DNA of 64,000 nucleotides from Candidatus Nealsonbacteria bacterium (GCA_016186485.1 JACPLN010000008.1:8673-72672), one strand, 5' to 3'; positions 9,130 through 18,473 are shown, numbered from the stretch's first letter. Program-made: numbers and translations. Notes: generated by a model from the letters alone, not told the origin.

Positions 9130-9414
9130 GTGGAGATTAAGATAAGTAGAGGAATAGAAGGAAGCAGTGACTTTGTAGTAATAAGCACACTTCAACGTTT
9201 TCTTAAGAATGCAATCAAGAAAGCAGAAATGGAAAGAGAAATGGAAAGAGACGAAAGACAGGAGCAACTTAAGATACTAATCTTATGGGAAAAGTGTCTT
9301 AATAACATTTGTGAAGAAACTCATATAGCCGATCATGAACAAAGGTCAACTAAAAAAAGTTTTGAGTTCTTATTCGGAAAGACCTACAATATACAAAAAA
9401 TGATTCCTGCCTAA
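9130..9414 (+). CDS. Hypothetical K/E-rich protein (GTG start)
   Basis: ORF bracketed by the 9075 promoter and the 9431 terminator. No recognisable domain, and it could be a non-coding transcript. Confidence 0.35.
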   Translation: MEIKISRGIEGSSDFVVISTLQRFLKNAIKKAEMEREMERDERQEQLKILILWEKCLNNICEETHIADHEQRSTKKSFEFLFGKTYNIQKMIPA

Positions 9415-9430
9415 AGATAATTATTAATAG

Positions 9431-9461
9431 GAAGAACCATATGGTTCTTCCTCTTTTTTTT
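9431..9461 (+). terminator. Rho-independent terminator
   Basis: Perfect palindrome GAAGAACCATATGGTTCTTC followed by a CTCTTTTTTTT run. Confidence 0.7.
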
Positions 9462-9478
9462 CTCCGCCCCTCTACTAC

Positions 9479-9507
9479 TTGACAGTAATAGGATATTATG
9501 ATATAAA
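9479..9507 (+). promoter_or_regulatory. Putative promoter TTGACA-17-TATAAA
   Basis: TTGACA at 9479-9484 and TATAAA at 9502-9507. Confidence 0.5.
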
Positions 9508-9532
9508 CCAATGAGATGGTGTCTTGGAAAGA

Positions 9533-9766
9533 ATGAAGAAAAATCTTGAAATAATAGTGTGGTCAGTAATACTAGGCGTGGTATTTATAAACTCTCTCTT
9601 CGGAATAGAAATGTTTGGAGGAAAAGAAATTACCAGTAGACTTACAGGGTTAACATCTGCGCTATCGATCGGCCTAGCATTTTATTACACATCCAATCAA
9701 GAAAAATTTTTAGCGGGAGTGTTTGGGTCCATCGGAATACTCAATCTTCTCCAAGCTATCCAATAA
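9533..9766 (+). CDS. Small membrane protein (2-3 TM), hypothetical
   Basis: MKKNLEIIVWSVILGVVFINSLF... Hydrophobic. ATG at 9533 is in frame with the track ORF at 9524. Confidence 0.5.
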   Translation: MKKNLEIIVWSVILGVVFINSLFGIEMFGGKEITSRLTGLTSALSIGLAFYYTSNQEKFLAGVFGSIGILNLLQAIQ

Positions 9767-9939
9767 CATAGTTCTGTAAAATCTCAGCTAAGAACTTTCT
9801 TCTAAGACGGGCAGACCAAAATCTTGCCCGCTTTTTTGTTTCATACGAAGTCATTTCCGCTTGTCAGAATATGGAGAGGACAGTCCTCTCCATATCCTCT
9901 CCATCTTCTACAAAAATCTATAAAAATAAAGGTGCCTTT

Positions 9940-10482
9940 TTAGGCAGCCTTTTGTTCTTCCAGATAATCCTTTACTCCCCTTACAAAAATCGGGGCCAGC
10001 TTGTATTCTTCAAAGAACACGCTAATGGATGAAACTGCTTTTAGCGATTGATACTGCACGGCCCACAAAAATCTGTAAATAATAAGGGCGGCGACTATCT
10101 GCAGAATTCTCCCTTCTTTTTGAACCTTATTCTCAACGCCGGCTATATTTTTGGCTTCTAAAAGAATATCTTTGGCAATCTTATCGGCTTCTTCTTCTTT
10201 TTCCATTATATTCCTTTCAGGATCCTCAACTTCAAATACAACCCAAGCCGTAAGAAAAGCTAAACTAATCTCCCTGCTTGCTCTTGCCCATCTCTTTTTC
10301 AGCACCTCTCTTCTGAACTCCTTAAGATTTTCATCAAGCAAAGCTAAAACGCCTTGGGGCAACCTGGACTTAAGCTGTTCTGCGCCGTATCTGGCTAATT
10401 CGTAACCTTCAAGAAGTTCTTTAAGCAATAAATCGCCAAGCTTGCCCCTCAGAGCTATCCAAAGCAAATCTTCAATGTTCAA
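9940..10482 (-). CDS. Hypothetical all-helical protein (TTG start)
   Basis: 180-aa ORF divergent from the 10585 gene. No recognised motif. Confidence 0.45.
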   Translation of the reverse strand: MNIEDLLWIALRGKLGDLLLKELLEGYELARYGAEQLKSRLPQGVLALLDENLKEFRREVLKKRWARASREISLAFLTAWVVFEVEDPERNIMEKEEEADKIAKDILLEAKNIAGVENKVQKEGRILQIVAALIIYRFLWAVQYQSLKAVSSISVFFEEYKLAPIFVRGVKDYLEEQKAA

Positions 10483-10537
10483 TTCAAAGACCTGGTTAAG
10501 TATAACATATTTCTATTACTGTGTCTACTTTTATCTG

Positions 10538-10566
10538 TTGACAAATACGAATTTGTACTGTATAAT
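10538..10566 (+). promoter_or_regulatory. Perfect consensus promoter TTGACA-17-TATAAT
   Basis: TTGACA at 10538-10543, 17-nt spacer, TATAAT at 10561-10566. The ORF start follows 19 nt later. Confidence 0.65.
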
Positions 10567-10584
10567 AGGACTAGTGACATATAG

Positions 10585-11919
10585 TTGAACCTTCAAAACA
10601 ATGTAGTAATCGTCACCCATCAATGGGTTGACGGCGATGGACTAATAGCCATCGCGAAACTGAAGCGTTTCGGGGAAAACAAGATACCGGGTATATCTAG
10701 CGCAGACATTCACTTTCACGACGGAGACACCGATCGGCTGCTGGAAATCACAAAATACTATCCTACGATAGTCTTTGTGGATAAAACGCCAGACGGAGAA
10801 TTCGAAGCAGTAAAGAAAATGACTACGGTAAGGATTGAGGCCTTTGACCACCATCCTCACGATAAGTTTCCTGGCAAGACAGCAACAAGCATAGTTTCAG
10901 AGTATCTCGGACTAAAAGATAATTTAAGCCAGAAATTAGACCGCTGGGCAAGCCGGTTTGACTTCCAAACTGGCGGAGACCCAATGGATCTAAGGTTTCT
11001 GGTAAAGGAAATGCATCATGCGTACACCGAGAAAGAAGTGACTGACTGGTTCATGGAACTAATGGATGCCTGCCACGAAACCGAAGACACCAAAGCAGAT
11101 GCAAAGACCGGACGAGAATTCTTCACTAAGGCCCTGGAAGAGCATCTCAATAAAGACCAAGACATGCCAGCAAAAGACATCTTCCAAAAATGGCTAGAAA
11201 GATCTAGAGGAGGGAAACCAATTGAAGATGACATGCATATAATCAACGCCGCAGGAAAGGTACTTGAAGTATTCGGCGAAAACAAAACTAGCGTATGGCT
11301 GGCTAAAGTATTCAACGCTGTAAATGACGGCCAAAGAGTATTCCAGAAAGCAAAAGAGGACTTGAAAAAATCAGAAATATCGGTATTCGGAAACATAGTA
11401 CTCATCAGCGCTGTAACGGAAAACCCGAGATTCAACCGATTCGTTAGAAGCCAGCAAGGAAATAATATGCTGCCTCTGTCAGCGCAAGAAAAACTTGGCA
11501 AAGGACACAATCCTATTGTCTTGCAAATCTGGCCGGAAAGAAAAGGATTCCAGATTTTCGGCAACGGATTAAAACTAAGGGATGTAGTTGGGGCTCTCAG
11601 GGCAGAACTTCTGAAAATACGAGGCAAACAAATACCGACTCACTGGACAGTGCTTAAAGACGGAGGAACAATCAGTAACACCGATCCTCTATACTACCAA
11701 ACAGGGGACTTCGAAATGCTGATGTGGGGCTCGCTAACCAGAAGCAAGGTGGCGCCTGTTGATATGCCGGAAGAAACAATAAAGAAGGCGGTAACTGTGG
11801 CTCTCGATCAGACATACCTCCACAAAGACTGCAAAGATTGCACTAACAAGGGTTGCCCATTCTACGAATGGCAGCTATACCGCTGCACACAACGCCGAAG
11901 AAACCCAAACGCTACCTAA
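10585..11919 (+). CDS. Divergent DHH-family phosphoesterase-like protein with a C-terminal Cys cluster
   Basis: DHH motifs in order: THQWVDGDG (motif I), IVFVDKTPD (II), AFDHHPH (III), GKTATSIVSEYL. The C-terminus is CKDCTNKGCPFYEWQLYRC. TTG start. Confidence 0.55.
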   Translation: MNLQNNVVIVTHQWVDGDGLIAIAKLKRFGENKIPGISSADIHFHDGDTDRLLEITKYYPTIVFVDKTPDGEFEAVKKMTTVRIEAFDHHPHDKFPGKTATSIVSEYLGLKDNLSQKLDRWASRFDFQTGGDPMDLRFLVKEMHHAYTEKEVTDWFMELMDACHETEDTKADAKTGREFFTKALEEHLNKDQDMPAKDIFQKWLERSRGGKPIEDDMHIINAAGKVLEVFGENKTSVWLAKVFNAVNDGQRVFQKAKEDLKKSEISVFGNIVLISAVTENPRFNRFVRSQQGNNMLPLSAQEKLGKGHNPIVLQIWPERKGFQIFGNGLKLRDVVGALRAELLKIRGKQIPTHWTVLKDGGTISNTDPLYYQTGDFEMLMWGSLTRSKVAPVDMPEETIKKAVTVALDQTYLHKDCKDCTNKGCPFYEWQLYRCTQRRRNPNAT

Positions 11920-11947
11920 GGGGGACGAAAGTCCCTTTATTTTTTTA
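11918..11947 (+). terminator. Rho-independent terminator
   Basis: AAGGGGAC-GAAA-GTCCCTTT stem-loop followed by a T run. Confidence 0.65.
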
Positions 11948-11971
11948 TATTTTTCTACGCATTCCATAATA

Positions 11972-12000
11972 TTGACAAAATTTTCAAGATAGAGTATAAT
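11972..12000 (+). promoter_or_regulatory. Perfect consensus promoter TTGACA-17-TATAAT
   Basis: TTGACA at 11972-11977 and TATAAT at 11995-12000. The ATG at 12018 follows. Confidence 0.65.
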
Positions 12001-12017
12001 GTAGCCGTGATCCTTGA

Positions 12018-13259
12018 ATGACACAAAAGAAAAAAGGAGAAGTAAGGAAAACCTCAGGAATGGGAGGAGGAATAGACCTAACGAGACTCATTGAAAAGAC
12101 GGTAAAACCCGCCGAAAAACTGGAGTCAGCTGCCTCAGTCCAGACCACAGCACAACAAACAGCACAGAAACAACCCGAGCAAACGGCCATTGACGTAATG
12201 GAAACGATCGGAGTCACCAAAAAGCTGGTGACCTCACTTAAAGAGAAACGTTTCAACCCAGAGAAAGTCAAAGAGTACTACAGCCACCTGCAAGAGAAGA
12301 CAGAAGAAGACGCGGAAGCAATAGGTAAGCTCAACCAAGTGAAAGCGTTCCTTGAAAGAAGAAAGACGATGATGATCAGCGGCCCAGAGGACGAAAAGAG
12401 ATACTGGCTGCCTTCAATGGAAAAACAACACCTTGATGAGGTGATAAATCTGATCAACGAACTGAGAAAACTCAATACGATGGCTGCTAAGCTTGCGGAT
12501 GAGAAAGCCAAGTATATCAATGAGCAAAGAAGAGAAGTCTGGAGAATCCAGCACGAAGCTGAAGTAACAGCAATCAAACGCGGAAAGGAAGGAGAACAAA
12601 GGATTTCCCTGCACGAAGGATGTGAAGAGAAAGAAGGATTCATACCCCTAAAAGTCAGATACACAGACAGGGTAACGGGAAGAGACTTAGAAGCCTGGAT
12701 CAAAATCCAGGTTCTGGAGGGAAATGCCAGAATAGTTGAGGCGGAAAGAATAGCTCGCTGGATGGTCAATTACGGAACAGACAGAAACGGACAGCCAAAC
12801 TGGGTAAGACTAGACCCAGACACCAACTTCGGTTTCCGGGATGGAGAATCAGGATGGCCAAGAGCAATATCAGGCATATTGCCTCCTGCGCTTACCTCCC
12901 TCTACGAATGGGAGGAAACCAGGAAGATGGAGAAAGAGGAAGCGAAGAAGGTCTTACAAGAGGAAAAGGACAAAACAACTATAACGGTCTGCCAACTCCT
13001 GGAAGGAGAAAAAGGATACGTTGGCGGGCTCTCCAAAGGAGACTGGCAAAACATGAAATCCGGCAAAGTTGGATACTTGGCCGTCAGCGTAGAAGGAACC
13101 GGAGACCGCAAAGTGGTAGTGCGGTTTGTGCAAACACAACTTCACCAGCACTTTGTTCAAATGCTAGACAAAGAACAAAGCCTTGCCGACCTAGATCGCC
13201 AGCTGAAAGCCTTTCTCAACTGGCACGCAAACGGGGAGGAATCTAAAACTCCCGCATAA
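12018..13259 (+). CDS. Hypothetical protein, 413 aa (coiled-coil N-half, globular C-half)
   Basis: Long ORF with its own promoter and a downstream hairpin. No recognisable family. Visibly GC-richer than its neighbours. Confidence 0.55.
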   Translation: MTQKKKGEVRKTSGMGGGIDLTRLIEKTVKPAEKLESAASVQTTAQQTAQKQPEQTAIDVMETIGVTKKLVTSLKEKRFNPEKVKEYYSHLQEKTEEDAEAIGKLNQVKAFLERRKTMMISGPEDEKRYWLPSMEKQHLDEVINLINELRKLNTMAAKLADEKAKYINEQRREVWRIQHEAEVTAIKRGKEGEQRISLHEGCEEKEGFIPLKVRYTDRVTGRDLEAWIKIQVLEGNARIVEAERIARWMVNYGTDRNGQPNWVRLDPDTNFGFRDGESGWPRAISGILPPALTSLYEWEETRKMEKEEAKKVLQEEKDKTTITVCQLLEGEKGYVGGLSKGDWQNMKSGKVGYLAVSVEGTGDRKVVVRFVQTQLHQHFVQMLDKEQSLADLDRQLKAFLNWHANGEESKTPA

Positions 13260-13348
13260 TAAACCCAATAAGGGGTTTTCATAAGCCTCCTGAATCAAGT
13301 CTAACTTGGTGAAGGAGGATTTTTTATCGTTTGTTTTTGTAAAAGATT

Positions 13349-15235
13349 ATGTTAAAATTTAAAGTACGTAATAATATGAAACAAAAAAACCCAATCAAAA
13401 GCTTAGCAAACAATTTCCTGGCCATCATTTTAATCTTCCTGATGGTATCGGGCGTTTTTACTTTATTGTGGCAAGACTTTGAAAGGCCTACGGAAATCCC
13501 TTTAAGCCAGCTGGTGAAAGACATAAATAAAGAGGAGGTAAGTAAAATTACCGTTTCGGGAAACGACATTTTTATTGAATACCGGGACGGAAAAAAATCA
13601 CAATCCAAAAAGGAAGCCGAAGGATCTCTTTCTGAATCCCTGATTAACTACGGCGTAGATAAAAATAAGTTAAACTTATTGCAGGTTGAATCTAAGGAAC
13701 CCTCGGGAATTGCTGCCTGGATAGGCCCGATAATCATATTTATAGTCCCCCTGATATTATTTGGCGCATTTTTCTGGATGATATTCAGACAGGCAAAAAC
13801 AGGGGCAATGCAGGCTTTTGATTTTTCCAGAGCAAAAGCAAGGTTATTCGGCGCCGAAGGTCATCTTAAAGAAAGAATTACGTTCAAAGATGTTGCCGGG
13901 CTGCAGGAAGCCAAGGAAGAATTGAAAGAAATAGTTGACTTTTTGAAAAACCCAAAGAAGTTTCTGGCAATCGGAGCCAGAATTCCAAGAGGAGTGCTTT
14001 TGATGGGTCCTCCGGGAACTGGAAAAACCATGCTTGCAAGGGCGGTTGCCGGCGAAGCCAGGGTGCCGTTTTTGCATATTTCGGGTTCTGAATTCGTAGA
14101 AATGTTTGTTGGGGTCGGAGCTGCCAGAGTAAGAGACCTTTTCTCAACCGCAAAGAAGGCGGCCCCAGCCATTGTCTTTATTGACGAACTGGACGCGGTT
14201 GGAAGACATAGGGGAGCCGGGCTCGGAGGAGGACACGACGAAAGAGAACAAACCCTTAACCAAATTTTGGTGGAGATGGACGGTTTTGAAAGAGATACCA
14301 ATGTTATAGTCGTAGCGGCCACCAACCGCCCCGATATATTGGATCCCGCCCTACTGAGGCCGGGGAGATTTGACCGCAGGGTCGTTTTGGATTTGCCGGA
14401 TATTAAAGACAGGGAAGAGATTCTGAAAATTCACTGCAGGGAAAAACCTCTGTTTCAAGATGTTAAGCTAAGAGAGATAGCGGAAAGAACGCCTGGATTT
14501 TCAGGAGCGGACTTGGCTAACCTGGTAAACGAAGCAGCAATCTTAGCTGCAAGAAGAAATAAACAGCAGATTTACCAAGAAGAACTTTTAGAATCAATAG
14601 ACAAGGTTCTTTTGGGGCCGGAAAGAAAAAGCCACATCTTATCTCAGGACGAAAAGAAAATAGCCGCTTACCACGAAGCTGGCCACGCTTTAGTTGGCGT
14701 TTCCCTTCCTGGGGCAGAACCTGTAAGAAAAATATCTATTGTTTCTCGGGGCAGGGCCGCCGGATACACCCTGAAACTGCCGACGAAAGAAAAGCATTTA
14801 AAAAGCAAATCGGAATTCATGGCAGAAATAGCAACGGCCCTTGGGGGATATTGCGCAGAAAAAATAGTCTTTAAAGACATAACCACCGGCGCAGCCAACG
14901 ACCTGGAGAAAGCTTCTGACCTTGCCAGGCGCCTGGTAAAAGAATACGGGATGTCGGAAAAGTTAGGGCCGATTGCTTTTGGCGAAAAAGAAGAGCTGGT
15001 GTTTCTGGGAAGGGAAATCGGGGAACAAAGAAATTACTCTGAAAAAATAGCTGCCCAAATAGACAAAGAGGTCGCCAACATTATTAACAAAGCAATGAAG
15101 ACGGCAATTGGCGTTATCGGGAAAAAAAGGAGGATTTTAGACAGAATAGCAAAAACTTTGGCTGAAAAAGAAACAATTGAAAGAGAGGAATTTGAAAAAA
15201 TCATTAAATCCGGTGGGTCTAAAAAAAATGTATAA
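13349..15235 (+). CDS. ftsH: ATP-dependent zinc metalloprotease FtsH
   Basis: GPPGTGKT Walker A, DELDAVG, the SRH region, and the HEAGHA zinc motif. An alternative start lies at 13376 (MKQKNPIK). Confidence 0.95.
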   Translation: MLKFKVRNNMKQKNPIKSLANNFLAIILIFLMVSGVFTLLWQDFERPTEIPLSQLVKDINKEEVSKITVSGNDIFIEYRDGKKSQSKKEAEGSLSESLINYGVDKNKLNLLQVESKEPSGIAAWIGPIIIFIVPLILFGAFFWMIFRQAKTGAMQAFDFSRAKARLFGAEGHLKERITFKDVAGLQEAKEELKEIVDFLKNPKKFLAIGARIPRGVLLMGPPGTGKTMLARAVAGEARVPFLHISGSEFVEMFVGVGAARVRDLFSTAKKAAPAIVFIDELDAVGRHRGAGLGGGHDEREQTLNQILVEMDGFERDTNVIVVAATNRPDILDPALLRPGRFDRRVVLDLPDIKDREEILKIHCREKPLFQDVKLREIAERTPGFSGADLANLVNEAAILAARRNKQQIYQEELLESIDKVLLGPERKSHILSQDEKKIAAYHEAGHALVGVSLPGAEPVRKISIVSRGRAAGYTLKLPTKEKHLKSKSEFMAEIATALGGYCAEKIVFKDITTGAANDLEKASDLARRLVKEYGMSEKLGPIAFGEKEELVFLGREIGEQRNYSEKIAAQIDKEVANIINKAMKTAIGVIGKKRRILDRIAKTLAEKETIEREEFEKIIKSGGSKKNV

Positions 15236-15968
15236 GCTAATAATTTTTGATTTTGACGGCCCCATACTGGATTCTTTTAAAGTCGGGAGGGAGTCTATTT
15301 CGTTGGCAAGAAAAAGATTGATAGCCGAAGGGCTTATCGTTGCAGAAAAATTGCCGGAGCTTTCGGAAAAATCAATCATTGCCAACTGGGGCTACCCCGG
15401 CCCAATTGCCATCAAAAAATTATTTCCAGAACTTAACGAAAAGGAGGTTGCCGCTCTTGGCGTTGTCTGGGGCCAAACCCAGCAAGACAAAGAAATACCT
15501 TTTGTAGAAAAGACCGCGGAAACTTTAAAATACCTTAAAGACTCAGGTTACGCGATAGGGCTCCTAACGTCAAGAGTTTTTAATTTAGACTATCATCTTG
15601 AAAAGGGAAAACTATTTGAATATTTCAATTTTATCCAAAGCTGGCTGTACCCCGAAATCAAAAACCAAAAACCCATCCGCGAAAACCATTTTTTGGAAGT
15701 AGCATTCAAGCCAAATCCAGAAGTTTTTGAAAAAGTGCTTTTGTGGGTAAAGCAAAACAGCATAAAGAAAGAGGAGATATTAATGATTGACGACTCTTTA
15801 GTCGGCCTTAACGCCGCCAGAGGAGCTAACATTGAATTTTTAGGAGTTCTCACCGGACCCATGGCTTCAAAAGAAAAATGGCAAGAGTATGGAAACTTGG
15901 GGCCGGAATGTGTTATAAACTCTATAGCCGATCTGCCAAGCTGGCTTGAAAACCAAAAGCGCGTGTAG
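15228..15968 (+). CDS. HAD-superfamily hydrolase
   Basis: [16 protein letters not shown] (DxDG motif I), LLTSR, and [12 protein letters not shown]. The ATG overlaps the ftsH stop (ATGTATAA). Confidence 0.75.
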   Translation: MYKLIIFDFDGPILDSFKVGRESISLARKRLIAEGLIVAEKLPELSEKSIIANWGYPGPIAIKKLFPELNEKEVAALGVVWGQTQQDKEIPFVEKTAETLKYLKDSGYAIGLLTSRVFNLDYHLEKGKLFEYFNFIQSWLYPEIKNQKPIRENHFLEVAFKPNPEVFEKVLLWVKQNSIKKEEILMIDDSLVGLNAARGANIEFLGVLTGPMASKEKWQEYGNLGPECVINSIADLPSWLENQKRV

Positions 15969-16032
15969 CTCAGTTGGTTAGAGCACCACTCTTATAAAGT
16001 GGGGGTCGATGGTCCGAGTCCATCCACGCGCA
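15959..16032 (+). tRNA. tRNA-Ile (anticodon UAU)
   Basis: Acceptor GCGCGTG/CACGCGC, D arm GCTC-AGTTGGTTA-GAGC, anticodon stem CCACT/AGTGG with loop CTTATAA, T arm GATGG-TCCGAGT-CCATC. The 5' end overlaps the HAD stop codon. Confidence 0.85.
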
Positions 16033-16051
16033 CAAAAACTAAATTGACCTA

Positions 16052-16080
16052 TTGACAAATTTTGGAAACCGATGTATAAA
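16052..16080 (+). promoter_or_regulatory. Putative promoter TTGACA-17-TATAAA
   Basis: TTGACA at 16052-16057 and TATAAA at 16075-16080. The track ORF start at 16052 is the -35 hexamer itself. Confidence 0.6.
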
Positions 16081-16135
16081 GCACCTGGGAGACGTGATAA
16101 GAACGAGCGATGGAGTGACGGTTACGACTGTTGTT

Positions 16136-16405
16136 ATGTCCGCGGTGACAATAACCATAATTTTAGCCTTTGGTACATTGCCTGGATTATTTGCCGATGA
16201 ACAAAAAGCAATAGATATATTAGAGAAACAGGGTTTCAGTAATATAAAGATAGTTAATAAAGACTGGGTATTTGTAGCACTTGTTGGATGCGGACAAGGA
16301 GATGCTGCCATGTTTACTGCTCAGGCAACGAACCCGATCGGGAAAAATGTAGAAATAAAAGTCTGTGTTGGTTGGCCATTTAAAGGCGCAACAATCAGAA
16401 ATTAG
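16136..16405 (+). CDS. Small membrane-anchored or secreted hypothetical protein
   Basis: The start must lie downstream of the promoter, at ATG 16136 (MSAVTITIILAFGTLPG...) or GTG 16094. Followed by a hairpin and T run at about 16423-16450. Confidence 0.45.
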   Translation: MSAVTITIILAFGTLPGLFADEQKAIDILEKQGFSNIKIVNKDWVFVALVGCGQGDAAMFTAQATNPIGKNVEIKVCVGWPFKGATIRN

Positions 16406-16489
16406 TTTCTGCGTAACAAAAAGAGGTCAGAAATGACCCCTCTTTATTTTTGATAAAATATGGTGTATATTTAGAATTAGTTGGAGAAA

Positions 16490-16515
16490 GGGCGCGTAGC
16501 TCAATTGGTTAAAGC
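16490..16515 (+). pseudogene. Orphan tRNA 5' fragment (acceptor 5' strand plus D arm only)
   Basis: GGGCGCG-TA-GCTC-AATTGGTTA-AAGC is tRNA-like through about position 26, then diverges. No anticodon arm, T arm or CGCGCCC 3' strand lies downstream. Confidence 0.5.
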
Positions 16516-16546
16516 CAAGGTATACATCTAATTGTGAATAAGTTGT

Positions 16547-16575
16547 TTGAAAATTAGTACCTCTGAGCGTATAAT
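16547..16575 (+). promoter_or_regulatory. Putative promoter TTGAAA-17-TATAAT
   Basis: TTGAAA at 16547-16552 and TATAAT at 16570-16575, 7 nt before the 16582 ATG. Confidence 0.55.
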
Positions 16576-16581
16576 GTATAA

Positions 16582-17277
16582 ATGAGATCAAAGTGGTACG
16601 AATTAAGGGGTACTGCGATCGGGCTGCGCAAAAGGGGGCTTTCAATGAACACAATTGAAAAGCGGTATGGAATAGCTCGCTCCACCCTCAGTGGTTGGTT
16701 TAGAAACGTAAAACTTACGCCAGCACAAAAGAAAAAATTATCACAGAACTCAAACGCTGCGTTAATTTCGGCACGTAAAAGGGCGGTTTTGTGGCATAAC
16801 GCACAAAAACAACGAAGGCTCAGAGAGGCAAAACTGCAAGCACTCCATACATTAAGAAAAATCAATCCTAAAAACAGGCATATTCTTGAACTCACGTTGG
16901 CTATCCTCTATCTTGGTGAAGGAAATAAAGCAAGTGTCGAAACAAGTATTGGTAACTCCGATCCACTAATATTAAAGTTTTTCTTATCTTGTTTGAGAAA
17001 AATATATAATTTTAATGTCGATAAGATAAGGTGCGAATTACATTTGAGAGCTGATCAAGATCCTGAAAGAATAAAACGTTTCTGGGCTAAGAAACTTAAG
17101 CTATCGTTAAGTAATTTTAAACAAGTCACTATTGATAAAAGAACGCTCGGATCAAAAACTTTCGCCTATTATAAAGGGGTCTGCGTACTCAGGTGCGCTA
17201 ATGTAGCAATCCAAAGAAAGTTATTATATCTTGCACGTTATTTTTGTGAACAAATAATAAAATCGTCGGGCTCATAG
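16582..17277 (+). CDS. LAGLIDADG-type homing endonuclease-like protein with an N-terminal HTH
   Basis: A single motif, LTLAILYLGEGNK, matches the GLYLGDG variant of LAGLIDADG. The N-terminal GLSMNTIEKRYGIARSTLSGW looks like an HTH. The stop codon TAG lies inside tRNA-Val. Confidence 0.55.
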   Translation: MRSKWYELRGTAIGLRKRGLSMNTIEKRYGIARSTLSGWFRNVKLTPAQKKKLSQNSNAALISARKRAVLWHNAQKQRRLREAKLQALHTLRKINPKNRHILELTLAILYLGEGNKASVETSIGNSDPLILKFFLSCLRKIYNFNVDKIRCELHLRADQDPERIKRFWAKKLKLSLSNFKQVTIDKRTLGSKTFAYYKGVCVLRCANVAIQRKLLYLARYFCEQIIKSSGS

Positions 17278-17342
17278 TTTAATGGTAAAGCGCGTCGTTG
17301 ACATCGACGAGAGCGCAGGTTCGATTCCTGCTGAGCCCACCA
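17268..17342 (+). tRNA. tRNA-Val (anticodon GAC), CCA encoded
   Basis: Acceptor GGGCTCA/TGAGCCC, anticodon stem CGTCG/CGACG with loop TTGACAT, T arm GCAGG-TTCGATT-CCTGC, then ACCA. Confidence 0.9.
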
Positions 17343-17363
17343 TCGCTAAGTTAAAAAAACAAA

Positions 17364-17990
17364 ATGCAAAATGCAAAGATTCTTTATGAAGACGAAAATA
17401 TAATAACGTATGATAAACCGGCTGGACTAAATTCAGATGATATTCCCCGTAGAATCCATAGGTTAGATAAGGATACCTCAGGTATATTCCTGGTAGCCAA
17501 AAACGATAGAACTCTAGAGTTTTTGCAAAAGCAGTTTCAAGGAAGAACGGTTGAAAAAAAGTATATTGCTTTGGTTGTCGGAAATGTTAAAAATGATAAG
17601 GGAATAATAGAAACTTTGCTTGGCAGATCTCCTAAAGACAGAAGAAAACAAAAAGTTTATTTCCAGGGCGAGCCCTTGTCTGAAGGAAAAAGGGAAGCAA
17701 AAACACTGTATAAAGTGTTGCAAAAATTCCAAAATTATGATTTACTTGAAATTGAGCCCAAGACCGGGCGAAAACACCAAATAAGAGCCCATCTTGCCTA
17801 TCTTGGCCACCCAATAGCCGGAGACAAACTTTATGGATTTAAAAATCAACCTTTTCCGCCGGGACTCTGCCGGCAATTTCTTCACGCAAGTTTTTTAAGA
17901 ATAAAATTGCCTTCCGGCGAAATAAAAGAATTTAATTCAAATTTACCAGAAGATTTAAAACTATGTCTAAAAACTTTGAAGCGTTTATAG
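17364..17990 (+). CDS. RluA-family pseudouridine synthase (no S4 domain)
   Basis: [16 protein letters not shown] catalytic motif, [26 protein letters not shown]. Confidence 0.85.
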   Translation: MQNAKILYEDENIITYDKPAGLNSDDIPRRIHRLDKDTSGIFLVAKNDRTLEFLQKQFQGRTVEKKYIALVVGNVKNDKGIIETLLGRSPKDRRKQKVYFQGEPLSEGKREAKTLYKVLQKFQNYDLLEIEPKTGRKHQIRAHLAYLGHPIAGDKLYGFKNQPFPPGLCRQFLHASFLRIKLPSGEIKEFNSNLPEDLKLCLKTLKRL

Positions 17991-18352
17991 GTTCACAACT
18001 GAAAGTAGATTTACCCGATATTCGTCCGGGTGATACTGTTCGAGTTTACCAAAAAATACCCGCCTCCGCCAAGTCTGATCTGGCTAAGACGAGCAAGAAA
18101 GAAGGCGTCAAAGAAAAGTCCCAGGTCTTTGAGGGCTTTGTTTTGGCGAGAAAACACGGGAAAGAAGCAGGAGCCACTATTACGGTAAGAAAAGTTATCG
18201 GCGGCGTGGGGGTAGAAAAAGTTTTTCCCCTGCACTCAAGAAATATTGAAAAAATAGAGGTTGTAAAAAAGGAAAAAGTCAGAAGGGCAAAATTGTATTA
18301 CTTAAGAGAGGCTAAGGGCGAAAGAGCAAAATTGAAGAGAAGGGAAGAATAG
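17963..18352 (+). CDS. rplS: 50S ribosomal protein L19
   Basis: [14 protein letters not shown]...[42 protein letters not shown]. Confidence 0.9.
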   Translation: MSKNFEAFIGSQLKVDLPDIRPGDTVRVYQKIPASAKSDLAKTSKKEGVKEKSQVFEGFVLARKHGKEAGATITVRKVIGGVGVEKVFPLHSRNIEKIEVVKKEKVRRAKLYYLREAKGERAKLKRREE

Positions 18353-18355
18353 TCT

Positions 18356-18440
18356 GCGGACGTGGCGGAATTGGTATACGCGTATGCTTGAGGTGCATAT
18401 GCCGTAAGGCTTGGAGGTTCGAGTCCTCTCGTCCGCACCA
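18356..18440 (+). tRNA. tRNA-Leu (anticodon GAG), CCA encoded
   Basis: Acceptor GCGGACG/CGTCCGC, anticodon stem TATGC/GCATA with loop TTGAGGT, long variable arm, T loop TTCGAGT. Confidence 0.9.
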
Positions 18441-18473
18441 AAACTACGAACTCTGCTCAATGCGTATGAGAAG

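Noticed and set aside
16052-16135. Track start of ORF 16052-16405
   Set aside because: Its first codon TTG is the -35 hexamer of a TTGACA-17-TATAAA promoter, so translation cannot start there.
16490-17342. Idea that the tRNA fragment, LAGLIDADG-like ORF and tRNA-Val form one intron-containing tRNA gene (group I intron with a homing endonuclease)
   Set aside because: The downstream tRNA-Val is complete on its own. The fragment's acceptor strand GGGCGCG has no complementary CGCGCCC 3' strand anywhere downstream. No group I core elements were recognisable.
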